From Gemmatimonadales bacterium (lineage in GTDB: Bacteria > Gemmatimonadota > Gemmatimonadetes > Gemmatimonadales > JACORV01), in contig JAUYOW010000146.1 in NCBI GenBank assembly GCA_030697825.1, positions 5,978 through 69,977 on the forward strand: a DNA stretch of 64,000 bases, given 5' to 3'. Positions 46,871-56,212 of the stretch are shown in pieces; positions within the stretch are counted from its first letter, which is position 1, and each line of letters begins with the position of its first letter. Position numbers and translations under genes: made by a program. The notes beneath the pieces are model-generated. The model made no database searches. It was not told the DNA's origin and saw only the letters and a program-made list of their open reading frames with translations.

Positions 46871-48379
46871 CTACCCGCCGACTACCGCTTCGACCATGGC
46901 GGCCGCCCGCTCCGCGTCCCGCGCCACCTCACCGACCAGCCGCTGCGCCTCTTCCGCCATGGGCGCGGCCTCGGATGGGTCGGGCATTCCGACCACGTTC
47001 ACACGCATGTTAAATGCCGCTCCGCGTGCCGCGGCGTGGGCCAGAATGGCCGCTACGCCCGCGTCGGATACCGCATTACGGTTCCCGGCCTCCGCAGCCC
47101 GCGCGGCCAGACCGGCTACCTCCCGGGCCGCCCGAAGCGTTTCGAGGGGCACCAGGGTAGCACCCATCAGGGCGGCCTGGATCGCCGCCTGCCTCTCCGC
47201 GTCGCGGTCCTTGGGGATGGAGTAAGCCGCGCTGACCGCGTCAAAGGCCTTGGAGTCCTCGTCGCCGAGCCGGATCAAGGCTAGGCGCAACGCTTCGGCC
47301 CGCTCGATCATGCCGCGGAATTCGGCGTCCACCTCGGCGTATTTCTTGCGGCCCACGGTGAGCCGCGCCACCATGGCCACGAGCCCAGCCGCCATCGCGC
47401 CGGCCACGGCCGAAACGGTCCCGCCCCCAGGGGTCGGGCTCGCGGACGCGACTGCGTCCATCCATTCGCCGAGCGACGGACCGGCGGACCAGCGCACCTT
47501 CGCCTCCAGCACGTGCTCGGAGACCGGCTCGCGCAGCTTCAGGTGGGCCTCGACCGCCTGGTGCACCGCGCGTTCGGGCACCAGCCCAACGATCTCGCTC
47601 CAGCCGGTGTCGGCGCCGGCTTCGCGTGCCGCCGCCGCCACGGCGTCGAACGCTTCGTGGATCGAGGTCGTGTCGAGGTCCACCAGGTTCATCGAGACCT
47701 GCGGCTCTCCGCCCACGGTGATACCCATGGCCTGGACGGCGGGCAGCCCGCCGCTCGAGGCACGCACCTTCTTCGCGATCGCCTTGGCAAGCGCCTCGTC
47801 GCCGCCCCCGAGGTAGACGTTGTAGGCAACGAGGAACGGCCGGGCGCCCACAGCCGTCGCGCCCGCGGTGGGGTGCATGCGCTTGGGCCCGTAGTCGGGA
47901 TCCTTCTCGAGGTTGGTGCCTATCTCCTCGCGCAGGCCCTCGAACTCACCTTTCCTCACGTCCGGCAGCCGCTCTCGCGATGGCCTCGTGGCGGCGCGGG
48001 CGTACAGGAACACGGGGATCCCCAGCTCCGCCCCTATCCGCTCGCCGAGCCGCCTCGCGAGCGCTATGCAGTCGTCCATGGTCGTCCCGCCGAGCGGCAC
48101 GAACGGGACGACATCGGTAGCGCCCATGCGCGGGTGTTCACCTTGGTGGACGGTGAGGTCGATCCGCTCGCTCGCGGTCTTCACGGCGCGGAACGCCGCC
48201 TCGACAGCCGCGTCCGGCGGCGCCACGAACGTGAACACCGACCGGTTGTGATCGGCGTCCGCCTGGACGTCGAGCAGCCGGACGCCGGAAACGGACAGGA
48301 GTGCGGCACGCAGGGCAGCGAGCGTGGCGGCGTCTCGGCCTTCGCTGAAGTTGGGCACGCATTCGACGAGATGGGTCAT
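46871..48379 (-). CDS. bifunctional glutamate formimidoyltransferase / formimidoyl-THF cyclodeaminase (FTCD-like fusion)
   Basis: The N-terminus LVECVPNFSEGRD.. is the formiminotransferase hallmark. The C-terminal ~190 aa (..SPTPGGGTVSAVAGAMAAGLVAMV..) is the cyclodeaminase domain. Confidence 0.88.
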   Translation of the reverse strand: MTHLVECVPNFSEGRDAATLAALRAALLSVSGVRLLDVQADADHNRSVFTFVAPPDAAVEAAFRAVKTASERIDLTVHQGEHPRMGATDVVPFVPLGGTTMDDCIALARRLGERIGAELGIPVFLYARAATRPSRERLPDVRKGEFEGLREEIGTNLEKDPDYGPKRMHPTAGATAVGARPFLVAYNVYLGGGDEALAKAIAKKVRASSGGLPAVQAMGITVGGEPQVSMNLVDLDTTSIHEAFDAVAAAAREAGADTGWSEIVGLVPERAVHQAVEAHLKLREPVSEHVLEAKVRWSAGPSLGEWMDAVASASPTPGGGTVSAVAGAMAAGLVAMVARLTVGRKKYAEVDAEFRGMIERAEALRLALIRLGDEDSKAFDAVSAAYSIPKDRDAERQAAIQAALMGATLVPLETLRAAREVAGLAARAAEAGNRNAVSDAGVAAILAHAAARGAAFNMRVNVVGMPDPSEAAPMAEEAQRLVGEVARDAERAAAMVEAVVGG

Positions 48380-48388
48380 GAAGAGAAA

Positions 48389-48412
48389 GGGTGTAGGGTG
48401 TAGGGTTTAGGG
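48389..48412 (+). repeat. tandem heptamer repeat GGGTGTA GGGTGTA GGGTTTA GGG (canonical G4 motif)
   Basis: Four G3 tracts separated by 4-nt loops. It lies 10 nt upstream (on the gene's antisense strand) of the FTCD start at 48379. The last tract is part of the small hairpin gggtgc-aga-gcaccc (48410-48424). Confidence 0.8.
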
Positions 48413-48427
48413 TGCAGAGCACCCGTG

Positions 48428-49201
48428 TCAGGCGTCCGGGACGGCCTGCAAGATACCCAGGAGCCAGCGATGGATGGCGGGGTTGCCCGCGACGACGGGT
48501 CCGTGGCGCAGCACCGCGTCGTCGCCGCCCAGGTCCGTCACCAGGCCGCCAGCCTCGCGCACGATCAGCGTCCCGGCCGCGACGTCCCACGGCGCCAGCA
48601 TCAGCTCCCAGAAGCCGTCGAACCGGCCCGCCGCCACGTCGCAGAGATCGAGTGCCGCCGACCCGGGGCGCCGAACGCCGGCGGAGCGGGCGAGAATGGC
48701 TGCGAACTGCCGCTGATAGCGAGGGAGCAGATCGGCGAACTTGAAGGGGAAACCCGTGCCGATCAGCGCGTGCTTCGGATCCTGGATGGAAGAAACGGCG
48801 ATGGGCGCGCCGTTCTGGAACGCCCCGCCGCCGCGAGTGGCGTGATAGCGGATCCCGGGCGGGACGTGCTGGACCACTCCGGCCTGGATCTCCCCGTCCG
48901 TCACCGCGGCTATCGAGACCGAGTAGTAGGGGAAACGGTGGAGGAAGTTCGTGGTGCCGTCGAGCGGGTCCACGATCCACGCCAGCCCCCGGGGCAAGGA
49001 GTTTGGCGTCAACTCCTCGCCGACGACCCGACTGTCCGGTGCCGCCACCAGCAGCGCCTCCGCGATGAGTCGCTCCGCCTCCCGATCCACTTCGGTGACG
49101 AAATCCGCCCGGCCTTTCTCCGACCACCGTTCCGGGCCAAGGCGGCCCTCTTGCCCGCGCAGGAACTCGGCGGCTTGATCGGCCGCAAGTTGCGCCATCA
49201 T
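48428..49201 (-). CDS. suhB: inositol monophosphatase family protein (SuhB-like)
   Basis: Motifs ..DFVTEVDREAE.. and ..WIVDPLDGTTNF.. The track start at 49270 would overlap divergent trpS, so ATG 49201 (MMAQLAAD..) is preferred. Confidence 0.85.
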   Translation of the reverse strand: MMAQLAADQAAEFLRGQEGRLGPERWSEKGRADFVTEVDREAERLIAEALLVAAPDSRVVGEELTPNSLPRGLAWIVDPLDGTTNFLHRFPYYSVSIAAVTDGEIQAGVVQHVPPGIRYHATRGGGAFQNGAPIAVSSIQDPKHALIGTGFPFKFADLLPRYQRQFAAILARSAGVRRPGSAALDLCDVAAGRFDGFWELMLAPWDVAAGTLIVREAGGLVTDLGGDDAVLRHGPVVAGNPAIHRWLLGILQAVPDA

Positions 49202-49263
49202 CAAGAGTTGGGCCGCTTCGTGCTTCACTTGCCACGCCCCCGGGCCATCCTTACCTTGCCCCC

Positions 49264-50292
49264 ATGTCACGCGTATTCAGCGGAATCCAGCCGTCCGGCG
49301 AGCTACACATCGGCAACTACCTCGGCGCGGTTCGCTACTGGGTCGAGCTTCAGGACCAGTTCGAGTGCATCTTCAGTATCGTCGACCTGCACGCTATCAC
49401 GCAGCCCTACGATCCCGCAAACCTACCCGAGCGCACTCTTGAAATGGCAGTCGGGCTGCTGGCCGCGGGTCTCGACCCGGCCAAGTGCACACTGTTCGTG
49501 CAGTCGCAGGTGCCCCAGCATGTGGAGCTCATGTGGATCTTCAACACCGTGACGCCCGTCGGGGAGCTCGAGCGGATGACCCAGTACAAGGAAAAATCCG
49601 CGTCACTCGAAAGCATTCCCGCCGGGCTGCTCAGCTACCCGATTCTTCAGGCTGCGGACATTCTCCTGTATCAGGCCGGTCAGGTGCCAGTCGGCGAGGA
49701 CCAGGTGCAGCACCTTGAGCTCGCGCGTGAGATCGCCCGGCGCTGGAACGCGCGGTTCGGCGATCCCTTCAGGTTCCCGGAGCCGATTGCGCTGCTCACC
49801 GGCACCAAGCGTATTCTCGGACTTGACGCTCGTGCGAAGATGTCCAAGAGTTTGGGCAATACCATCGGCCTGCTCGACACCCCGGAAGCGATCTGGGAGA
49901 AACTGCGGCCAGCCATAACCGATCCCGCTCGTAAGACTCGCAAGGACGCCGGCGAGCCGGAGAGGTGTCCCGTGGTTTACCAGCTGCACCGCGCGTTCTC
50001 TCCGCCGGAGGTCGTCGCGGAGGTTGAGCGCAACTGCCGCTCTGCTGGATGGGGCTGTCTCGACTGCAAGCGCGTGCTGGCCGATCACGTGATCGCCGAG
50101 CTGGCGCCGATTCGGGAGCGTGCGCTGGCGCTGAAGCAGAGGCCCGATGACGTGTGGGACATCCTGGACGCGGGCGCCAAGCGGTGCCGGAAGCTGGCTG
50201 AGGAAACGCTGTCGCTCGTCTATCCCCAGATGGGAATCTCCCGTGGAGACCGCCGGTTCCTTTATTTGGGCGCCACGGCGTCCGGCGTGTAG
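49264..50292 (+). CDS. trpS: tryptophan--tRNA ligase
   Basis: ..SGIQPSGELHIGNYLG.. and the KMSKS motif. Confidence 0.95.
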   Translation: MSRVFSGIQPSGELHIGNYLGAVRYWVELQDQFECIFSIVDLHAITQPYDPANLPERTLEMAVGLLAAGLDPAKCTLFVQSQVPQHVELMWIFNTVTPVGELERMTQYKEKSASLESIPAGLLSYPILQAADILLYQAGQVPVGEDQVQHLELAREIARRWNARFGDPFRFPEPIALLTGTKRILGLDARAKMSKSLGNTIGLLDTPEAIWEKLRPAITDPARKTRKDAGEPERCPVVYQLHRAFSPPEVVAEVERNCRSAGWGCLDCKRVLADHVIAELAPIRERALALKQRPDDVWDILDAGAKRCRKLAEETLSLVYPQMGISRGDRRFLYLGATASGV

Positions 50293-50318
50293 ATTACAGC
50301 TTACCCTCAAGGGGCTTC

Positions 50319-51488
50319 ATGGAGAAGATCATCCAGGCGGCGGTCGAACGTGGCGCTTCCGACCTGCACATCAAGGCGGGGGACGTCTTCCGGGCGCGGA
50401 TCGACGGCAAGCTGGTGCCGTTGACCAAGCAGCGGCTGACGCCGGAGCAGACCAAGGCCATCGCCTTGCGGTTCATCCCCAACGAGGAGGACCGGGCGCG
50501 CATCGACAAGATCCAGGACTACGACTGCTCCTGGGGTGCGCCGGGCATCGGCCGGTTCCGCGTCAACATCCTGAAGCAGCGCTCCTCGTTCATGGTCGTG
50601 ATGCGGGTGATCCCGTTCGAGGTGCCGACGTTCGAGCAGCTGCACCTGCCGGCGGTACTCGCTCACATCTCCGCGGCCGAACGCGGGATGATACTCGTCA
50701 CCGGCGTGACCGGCAGCGGCAAGAGCTCCACGATGGCGGCGATGATCAACCACATCAACCGCACGATGCAGAAGCACATCGTGACGCTCGAGAACCCGAT
50801 CGAGTTCCTGCACCGCGACCTGACGTCCAGCCTCACGCAGCGGGAGATCGGCACCGACACCGAGAGTTTCCGCACCGGGCTTCGCGCGGCGCTGCGGCAG
50901 GACCCGGACGTGGTCCTCATCGGGGAGATGCGCGACCCGGAGACCATCGACACGGCCATGAAGGCTTCGGAGACGGGTCACCTCCTCCTCTCCACGCTCC
51001 ACACGCCCGATGCCACCACGACCATCTCCCGGATCATCGCCATGTTCCCGCCGGAGGAGCAGGCCATCGTCCGGGTGCGGCTGGCAGACGCGCTGCACGC
51101 GGTGATCTCGCAGCGGCTGCTGCCGCAAAAGAACGGCCACGGGCGTTGCGCGGCGCTCGAGGTGATGCTGGTGACGGCTACCATTCGCGACCTGATCCTC
51201 GACCCGAACCGCACCTCGGAGATCAAGGAGTTCATCTCCGAAGGACGCGAACAATACGGGATGCAGACGTTCGACCAGCACCTGATGGATCTCGTCCAGG
51301 CGGATGTCGTCAACTACGATACGGCGGTCGCCAACTCCTCCAATCCGTCGGACTTCGAGCTGCAGATGAAGACCTTCGCGCGCAGTTCGCGCCTGTCCAC
51401 GCCCAAGATGAAGGCGCCCGCCGCGCCCACCGAGCCGGACAAGCCCATCGGTTTCACGGACGATCTCTCGAGCATGCTCCCGCCGTGA
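50319..51488 (+). CDS. pilT: type IV pilus retraction ATPase PilT family
   Basis: ASDLHIKAG.., Walker A GVTGSGKSST, ..IGEMRD.., ..TGHLLLSTLHT.. Confidence 0.9.
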   Translation: MEKIIQAAVERGASDLHIKAGDVFRARIDGKLVPLTKQRLTPEQTKAIALRFIPNEEDRARIDKIQDYDCSWGAPGIGRFRVNILKQRSSFMVVMRVIPFEVPTFEQLHLPAVLAHISAAERGMILVTGVTGSGKSSTMAAMINHINRTMQKHIVTLENPIEFLHRDLTSSLTQREIGTDTESFRTGLRAALRQDPDVVLIGEMRDPETIDTAMKASETGHLLLSTLHTPDATTTISRIIAMFPPEEQAIVRVRLADALHAVISQRLLPQKNGHGRCAALEVMLVTATIRDLILDPNRTSEIKEFISEGREQYGMQTFDQHLMDLVQADVVNYDTAVANSSNPSDFELQMKTFARSSRLSTPKMKAPAAPTEPDKPIGFTDDLSSMLPP

Positions 51489-52390
51489 GGCCGCAGGGCC
51501 TGCACGGGGTCATCGCCCCCATACCTACTCCGTTCGACCCGGAGACGGGCGACGTGGCACCGGTCGCGCTGCGGCACGCGACGCGCGCACTGCTGGCGCA
51601 GGGGCTCGACGGCATCGCGGTCGCCGGCTCCACCGGCGAAGGGGAGCTGCTCGACGCCGACGAGCGCGTGAAGCTGGTGGAGTGGCTCCGGGACGTCGTG
51701 CCCGACGACAAGTGGCTTATCGCCGGCGCCGGCGCGGAGTCCACTCGGGCGACGGTCCGCGCCTGCCGCGAGGTCGCGGCGGCCGGGGCGGACGCAGCCC
51801 TGGTACGGCCGCCCTCCTACTACGGCTCGGTGCTGGCGGCCGCGGCGCTGGCCGAGCATTACGTCCGGGTGGCCGACGCGAGCCCGGTGCCGGTCATCGT
51901 TTACAACATCCCCAAGTACACCCACGTGATGCTCCAGGACAGCGTGCTGCGCGCCGTCGCCGAGCACGAGCGGATCGTGGCGTTCAAGGACTCGTCCGGC
52001 GATCTCAAGGTGCTCGCTGGTTTTCGGGCCGCGGCGCCGCGGCTCGCCCCTCTGATGGGGAGTGGGTCGCTCTTCTACCCGGCGCTCGAGCTGGGCGCGG
52101 CGGGCGGAATCCTGGCCGTCGCGTGCTTCGCCGCCGAGGCGTGCGCCGCGCTGTACGCCGCGTTCCGCGCTGGCGACCGGGAGACCGCTGGCGCCTGCCA
52201 GGAACGGCTGACGCCGCTCGCCCGCGACATCGTTGGCGCGTTCGGACCGGCCGGCATCAAGGCGGCCATGGATCTGGTCGGCCTGCCGGCGGGTCCGGTG
52301 CGCCCGCCGCTCGCGGCCCTGGACGCGCGGCAGCAGGCCAAGGTGGCCGAATGCCTCGCCCAGGCCGGCGTCCTGCGCGTCGCGGCCTGA
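51485..52390 (+). CDS. dihydrodipicolinate synthase family class I aldolase (DapA-like)
   Basis: The GTG at 51485 overlaps the pilT stop (GTGA) and begins the tail of composite track ORF 50147..52390. ..VAGSTGEGELL.. and the Schiff-base Lys context ..VAFKDSSGD.. Confidence 0.85.
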   Translation: MRPQGLHGVIAPIPTPFDPETGDVAPVALRHATRALLAQGLDGIAVAGSTGEGELLDADERVKLVEWLRDVVPDDKWLIAGAGAESTRATVRACREVAAAGADAALVRPPSYYGSVLAAAALAEHYVRVADASPVPVIVYNIPKYTHVMLQDSVLRAVAEHERIVAFKDSSGDLKVLAGFRAAAPRLAPLMGSGSLFYPALELGAAGGILAVACFAAEACAALYAAFRAGDRETAGACQERLTPLARDIVGAFGPAGIKAAMDLVGLPAGPVRPPLAALDARQQAKVAECLAQAGVLRVAA

Positions 52391-52406
52391 GGAGGACGGC
52401 GGCATC

Positions 52407-53690
52407 ATGTTCGGTGCGGGCACGCGCTGCCTCGTCGTGGTGGGGGCGCAGTGGGGCGACGAGGGCAAGGGCAAGGTCGTGGACGCGCTGGCCGAGCACG
52501 CCGATCTCGTGGTGCGCTATCAGGGAGGCGCCAACGCGGGGCACACGGTAGACGCGCCCGACGGCGAGTTCGTGCTGCACCAGATCCCCTCCGGCATCCT
52601 GCATCAGGCGACGAAGTGCGTGATCGGCAACGGGGTCGTCCTCGATCCCGAAACGCTGTTTCACGAGATCGACGCGCTCCGCGGGCGTGGCGTGACCGTC
52701 GAGGGCCGGTTGGTGGTCAGCGACCGCGCCCACCTGGTTCTCCCTTACCACAAGCTGCTCGACGCCGAGAGCGCGCGCAGCAAGAAGATCGGCACTACGG
52801 CCCGCGGCATCGGTCCGGCGTACGAGGATAAGTACGGGCGGCGCGGTGTCCGCGTCGGAGACCTGCGGCACCCCGAGATCGTGGCCAAGCTGGTGGAGGC
52901 CGGCGTCCAGCGCGCCAACGACCTGTTGGGGCTGGCGGGGTCGGTGAAGCGCTGCCACGCGGCGGAGATCGTCGCCATGCTGGCAGGTATGGCGCCCCGG
53001 CTGCTGCCGTTCGTGTCCGACGCGGGCAGGCTCGTGACGGACACCCTGAGGGATGGCGGCAACGTCCTGCTCGAGGGCGCGCAAGGCGCTCTCCTCGACG
53101 TGGACCACGGCACCTACCCGTTCGTGACCTCGTCGAGCACCACCGCCGGCGGCGCCGCGGTGGGCGCGGGCATCGGCCCCACGGCGATCGACGCCGTGCT
53201 CGGCGTCGTCAAGGCGTACACGACGCGCGTGGGCAACGGCCCGCTCCCGACCGAGGCGGAGGTGACCGAAGGCGAAAGGCTGCGCACGCTGGGCGGCGAG
53301 TACGGCGCGACTACCGGGCGCCCGCGCCGCTGCGGCTGGTTCGACGCGATGGTGGTGCGCTACTCGGTGCGCGTGAACGGCCTCACCGGGCTCGCGGTGA
53401 CCAAGCTCGACGTCCTCGATTCGTTCGAGCAGCTGTCCGTCTGCACGCACTACCGGCTCGGCGGCGAAACGCTGGACGACCTGCCTGACAACGTCGCGGC
53501 GCTCGCGGAAGTGGAACCGGTGTATGAGCTCCTTCCCGGCTGGCGCCAGCCGACCGGCGAGGCCCGCACGCTCGCCGCCCTTCCCCGGGAGGCCCGCGCC
53601 TACCTCGACCGCCTCGAGGCGCTGGCAGGCGCCCCCATCCGCTACGTGGGCGTGGGCACCAAGCGCGAGCAGCTGATCGAAGTGCAGTGA
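52407..53690 (+). CDS. purA: adenylosuccinate synthase
   Basis: ATG at 52407 after gaggagga. ..VVGAQWGDEGKGKVVD.. and ..GGANAGHTV.. Confidence 0.96.
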   Translation: MFGAGTRCLVVVGAQWGDEGKGKVVDALAEHADLVVRYQGGANAGHTVDAPDGEFVLHQIPSGILHQATKCVIGNGVVLDPETLFHEIDALRGRGVTVEGRLVVSDRAHLVLPYHKLLDAESARSKKIGTTARGIGPAYEDKYGRRGVRVGDLRHPEIVAKLVEAGVQRANDLLGLAGSVKRCHAAEIVAMLAGMAPRLLPFVSDAGRLVTDTLRDGGNVLLEGAQGALLDVDHGTYPFVTSSSTTAGGAAVGAGIGPTAIDAVLGVVKAYTTRVGNGPLPTEAEVTEGERLRTLGGEYGATTGRPRRCGWFDAMVVRYSVRVNGLTGLAVTKLDVLDSFEQLSVCTHYRLGGETLDDLPDNVAALAEVEPVYELLPGWRQPTGEARTLAALPREARAYLDRLEALAGAPIRYVGVGTKREQLIEVQ

Positions 53691-56212
53691 GGGTGCTCTT
53701 GAAGGTGCTGTCGGGAGTCGCCGCGGTCCTCGTCGTCGTGGCCGTGGTGGTCTCGTTGGTTCTCTTCCGCTCGATACCTCCCCTGGACGGCAAAGAGTCG
53801 TTGCCGGCGCTCTGCGCGCCGGTCGAGGTGCTCTGGGACAGCCTCGGCATCCCGCACCTCACGGCAGCGTCGGACGCGGACGCGCTGAAGGCGCTCGGAT
53901 ACCTCCACGCGCGCGATCGGCTGTGGCAGATGGAGACCCTCCGCCGCACCGCCGAGGGGCGGCTGGCCGAAGTGCTGGGACCCGCCGCCCTCGGCCTCGA
54001 CCGGTTCCTGCGCTCGCTCGACATCCCGCGCGCCGCGGCCGCGAGCCTGGGCACGATAGCGCCCGAGGCCCGGGCGCTCGCCGAAGCCTACGTGGCGGGC
54101 GTGAACCAGTGGATCTCCCACCACACGCGGCCACTTCCTCTCGAGTTCCAGCTCTTGCGCTTCGCCCCGGAGCCGTGGACGATGCAGCAGGTGGTCGAGG
54201 TGGCACGGGTGATGTCGTGGGACCTGGTGAGCGCGCGGCTCGAGCTGAACCTCGCGCGGGCGGCGGCGCGCCTGGGCCCGGAACGGGCGCGCGACCTGGT
54301 CCCGCTGTACCCGGACAGCGCGCCGGTCATCCTGGCGCCGGGGACTGCTACGTGGAAAGACGGGCGGCAGACGCGCAGACGCGCAGACGCGCAGTCGGTG
54401 GGCGGGCGGCAGTATTCGGTTGAACGGCAGTGGCTCCCGAGCCACCTGCTCGCCGAGCGGGAGGTCCCGGAGATACCGCCGTTGGCGGCGGAAGTTCTCG
54501 ACGCGGTGACCATGACGCGGGCGTCGAACTCCTGGGTGATCGGATCGTCGCGCTCGCGCTCGGGCAAGCCCATCCTGGCCAACGACCCGCACCTCCGGCT
54601 CAGCGCGCCTTCGCTGTGGTACCTCGCGGTCATCGAGAGCCCTCGCCTGCACGTCGCCGGCGCCACGATCCCCGGCCTGCCGGCCGTGATCATCGGGCAC
54701 AACCGGCGCATCGCCTGGGGGCTCACCAACGGGTCGGTGGACGACGTGGACTACGTGATCGAGCGGCTCTCGGCGGACTCCTCTCGCGTGCTCACGCCTG
54801 ACGGGTGGGCGCCGGTGGAGGTGGTCCGGGACTCGATCCGGGTTCGCGGTCGTCAGGCGGTCCCGTTCACGCTGCGGCGCACGGCGCACGGCCCGATCGT
54901 GGACGAGGCCGCGCCCGACTCGGGCTGGACCCACGCGCCGTCGGACAGCGCCGCGCCCGTGACCGTGCTCGCGATGCGCTGGAACGGGCAGGACCCGAGC
55001 GACGAGCTCACGGCGCTGATCGGCGTGGACCGCGCGGGTTCGTGGACCGACTTCCTCGCCGCCGTCTCCGGGTTCAAATCGCCCGAGCAGAACTGGATCT
55101 ACGCCGACGTGGACGGCAACATCGGGTACACCGCGAGCGGCGCGGTGCCGGTTCGGCGGTCGGGGGTCGGTCTCCTCCCGACACCGGGCTGGACCGACGA
55201 GGGGAGGTGGGAGCGGTACCTGGACTTCGACGAGCTGCCCCGCGCGTTCAATCCGCCCGATGGTTTCATCGTCACCGCGAACAACCGGGTGATAGGCCCC
55301 GAGTACCCGCACTTCCTGGCGCAGGACTGGGACCTCGGCTACCGGGCGGCACGAATCCGGGAGATGCTCGTACCGGGCGGTCCTTTCACCGCCCTGGACG
55401 TTGGACGCATGCAGCTGGACACGGTGGACGTCTTCGCGCGATGGGCCAGGCGCCTAGCCGCGGACGCCGCGGCGACCGCGGGCCGGCAGGACCTGGCTGA
55501 GCGGCTGCGCGCGTGGGACGGCACGATGGGATCCGACCGGACGGAGCCGACGCTCTTCTACGTCTGGTACCGGGATCTCCAGCGCCTTACGTACGAGGAC
55601 GAACTCGGTGGCTATGCGCCTTCGGGGCCACTGCACCGGTGGTTGCGCGCGGGCGGAAGCCCGTGGTTCGACGACATCAGGACGCCCGAACGCGAGGACC
55701 TGGCGGCGCTTTCCGCCCGCGCGATGCGCGAAGCGCTGCCGGTAGCCGAGGGTGTGAAATGGGGCGACGCGCACGTCACCGTGTCACAACACGCCCTCGG
55801 CGGCTTCGGGCCTCTCAACCGCCTGCTCGGCCTGAACCTCGGGCCGGCGCCGCGCGCCGGGTCGCTCTACACCGTGGATGTCGCCGACTTCGGTTCCTTC
55901 GCGCCGCCGTTCGTGAACACCCATGCGGCATCGTTCCGGCAGGTCGTGGATCTGGCGGACGTGGAGGCCGGGCGGATGATCGCGACCACGGGACAGTCGG
56001 GTAACCCGCTGGCGCGGCGATATCGCGACCAGAGCCGGCGGTGGTGGCGGGGGGAGTTGTGGGAGGTGCCGCTGGACCGCGAGCGGGTGGCGGCCGTCGG
56101 CACCCTGCATCTGACACCGCTGTCGCTATCCGCCCTATCCGCTCTATCCGTCTATGGTGTCACTCCCTCCGCGGCGCGCTCCACCAGCTGCGTCTCGACT
56201 AGCCGGCGGTAG
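53687..56212 (+). CDS. penicillin acylase family Ntn-hydrolase (possible acyl-homoserine-lactone/beta-lactam acylase)
   Basis: Signal/TM N-terminus, ..GYLHARDRLWQME.., and the nucleophile context ..TRASNSWVIG.. The last ~20 codons cross a 9-bp tandem repeat and overlap the convergent ABC gene, so the true C-terminus is uncertain. Confidence 0.85.
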   Translation: MRVLLKVLSGVAAVLVVVAVVVSLVLFRSIPPLDGKESLPALCAPVEVLWDSLGIPHLTAASDADALKALGYLHARDRLWQMETLRRTAEGRLAEVLGPAALGLDRFLRSLDIPRAAAASLGTIAPEARALAEAYVAGVNQWISHHTRPLPLEFQLLRFAPEPWTMQQVVEVARVMSWDLVSARLELNLARAAARLGPERARDLVPLYPDSAPVILAPGTATWKDGRQTRRRADAQSVGGRQYSVERQWLPSHLLAEREVPEIPPLAAEVLDAVTMTRASNSWVIGSSRSRSGKPILANDPHLRLSAPSLWYLAVIESPRLHVAGATIPGLPAVIIGHNRRIAWGLTNGSVDDVDYVIERLSADSSRVLTPDGWAPVEVVRDSIRVRGRQAVPFTLRRTAHGPIVDEAAPDSGWTHAPSDSAAPVTVLAMRWNGQDPSDELTALIGVDRAGSWTDFLAAVSGFKSPEQNWIYADVDGNIGYTASGAVPVRRSGVGLLPTPGWTDEGRWERYLDFDELPRAFNPPDGFIVTANNRVIGPEYPHFLAQDWDLGYRAARIREMLVPGGPFTALDVGRMQLDTVDVFARWARRLAADAAATAGRQDLAERLRAWDGTMGSDRTEPTLFYVWYRDLQRLTYEDELGGYAPSGPLHRWLRAGGSPWFDDIRTPEREDLAALSARAMREALPVAEGVKWGDAHVTVSQHALGGFGPLNRLLGLNLGPAPRAGSLYTVDVADFGSFAPPFVNTHAASFRQVVDLADVEAGRMIATTGQSGNPLARRYRDQSRRWWRGELWEVPLDRERVAAVGTLHLTPLSLSALSALSVYGVTPSAARSTSCVSTSRR
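56126..56157 (+). repeat. 3.5 copies of a 9-bp tandem repeat (CTATCCGNC)
   Basis: ctatcc occurs at 56126, 56135 and 56144, and ctatgg at 56152. The array sits at the junction of convergent genes, and the last unit contains the ABC-transporter stop codon. Confidence 0.7.

Noticed and set aside
50147-51484. A 747-aa composite ORF (50147..52390) spanning the trpS 3' end, all of pilT and the DapA-like gene; similar composites at 29381..30448, 32815..34218, 34314..35744, 38065..38907, 12611..13609 and 52233..53690
   Set aside because: Only the 3' portion of each is a real gene (DapA-like, rpsG, rpsJ, rplD, rpmC, nusG and purA respectively). The upstream parts are out-of-frame read-through of neighbouring genes.
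53687-56212. Whether the penicillin-acylase-family gene is part of the lasso cluster
   Set aside because: It is convergent with the ABC exporter, is translationally coupled to purA upstream (GTGA overlap), and has no known role in lasso maturation. It is treated as an independent gene.
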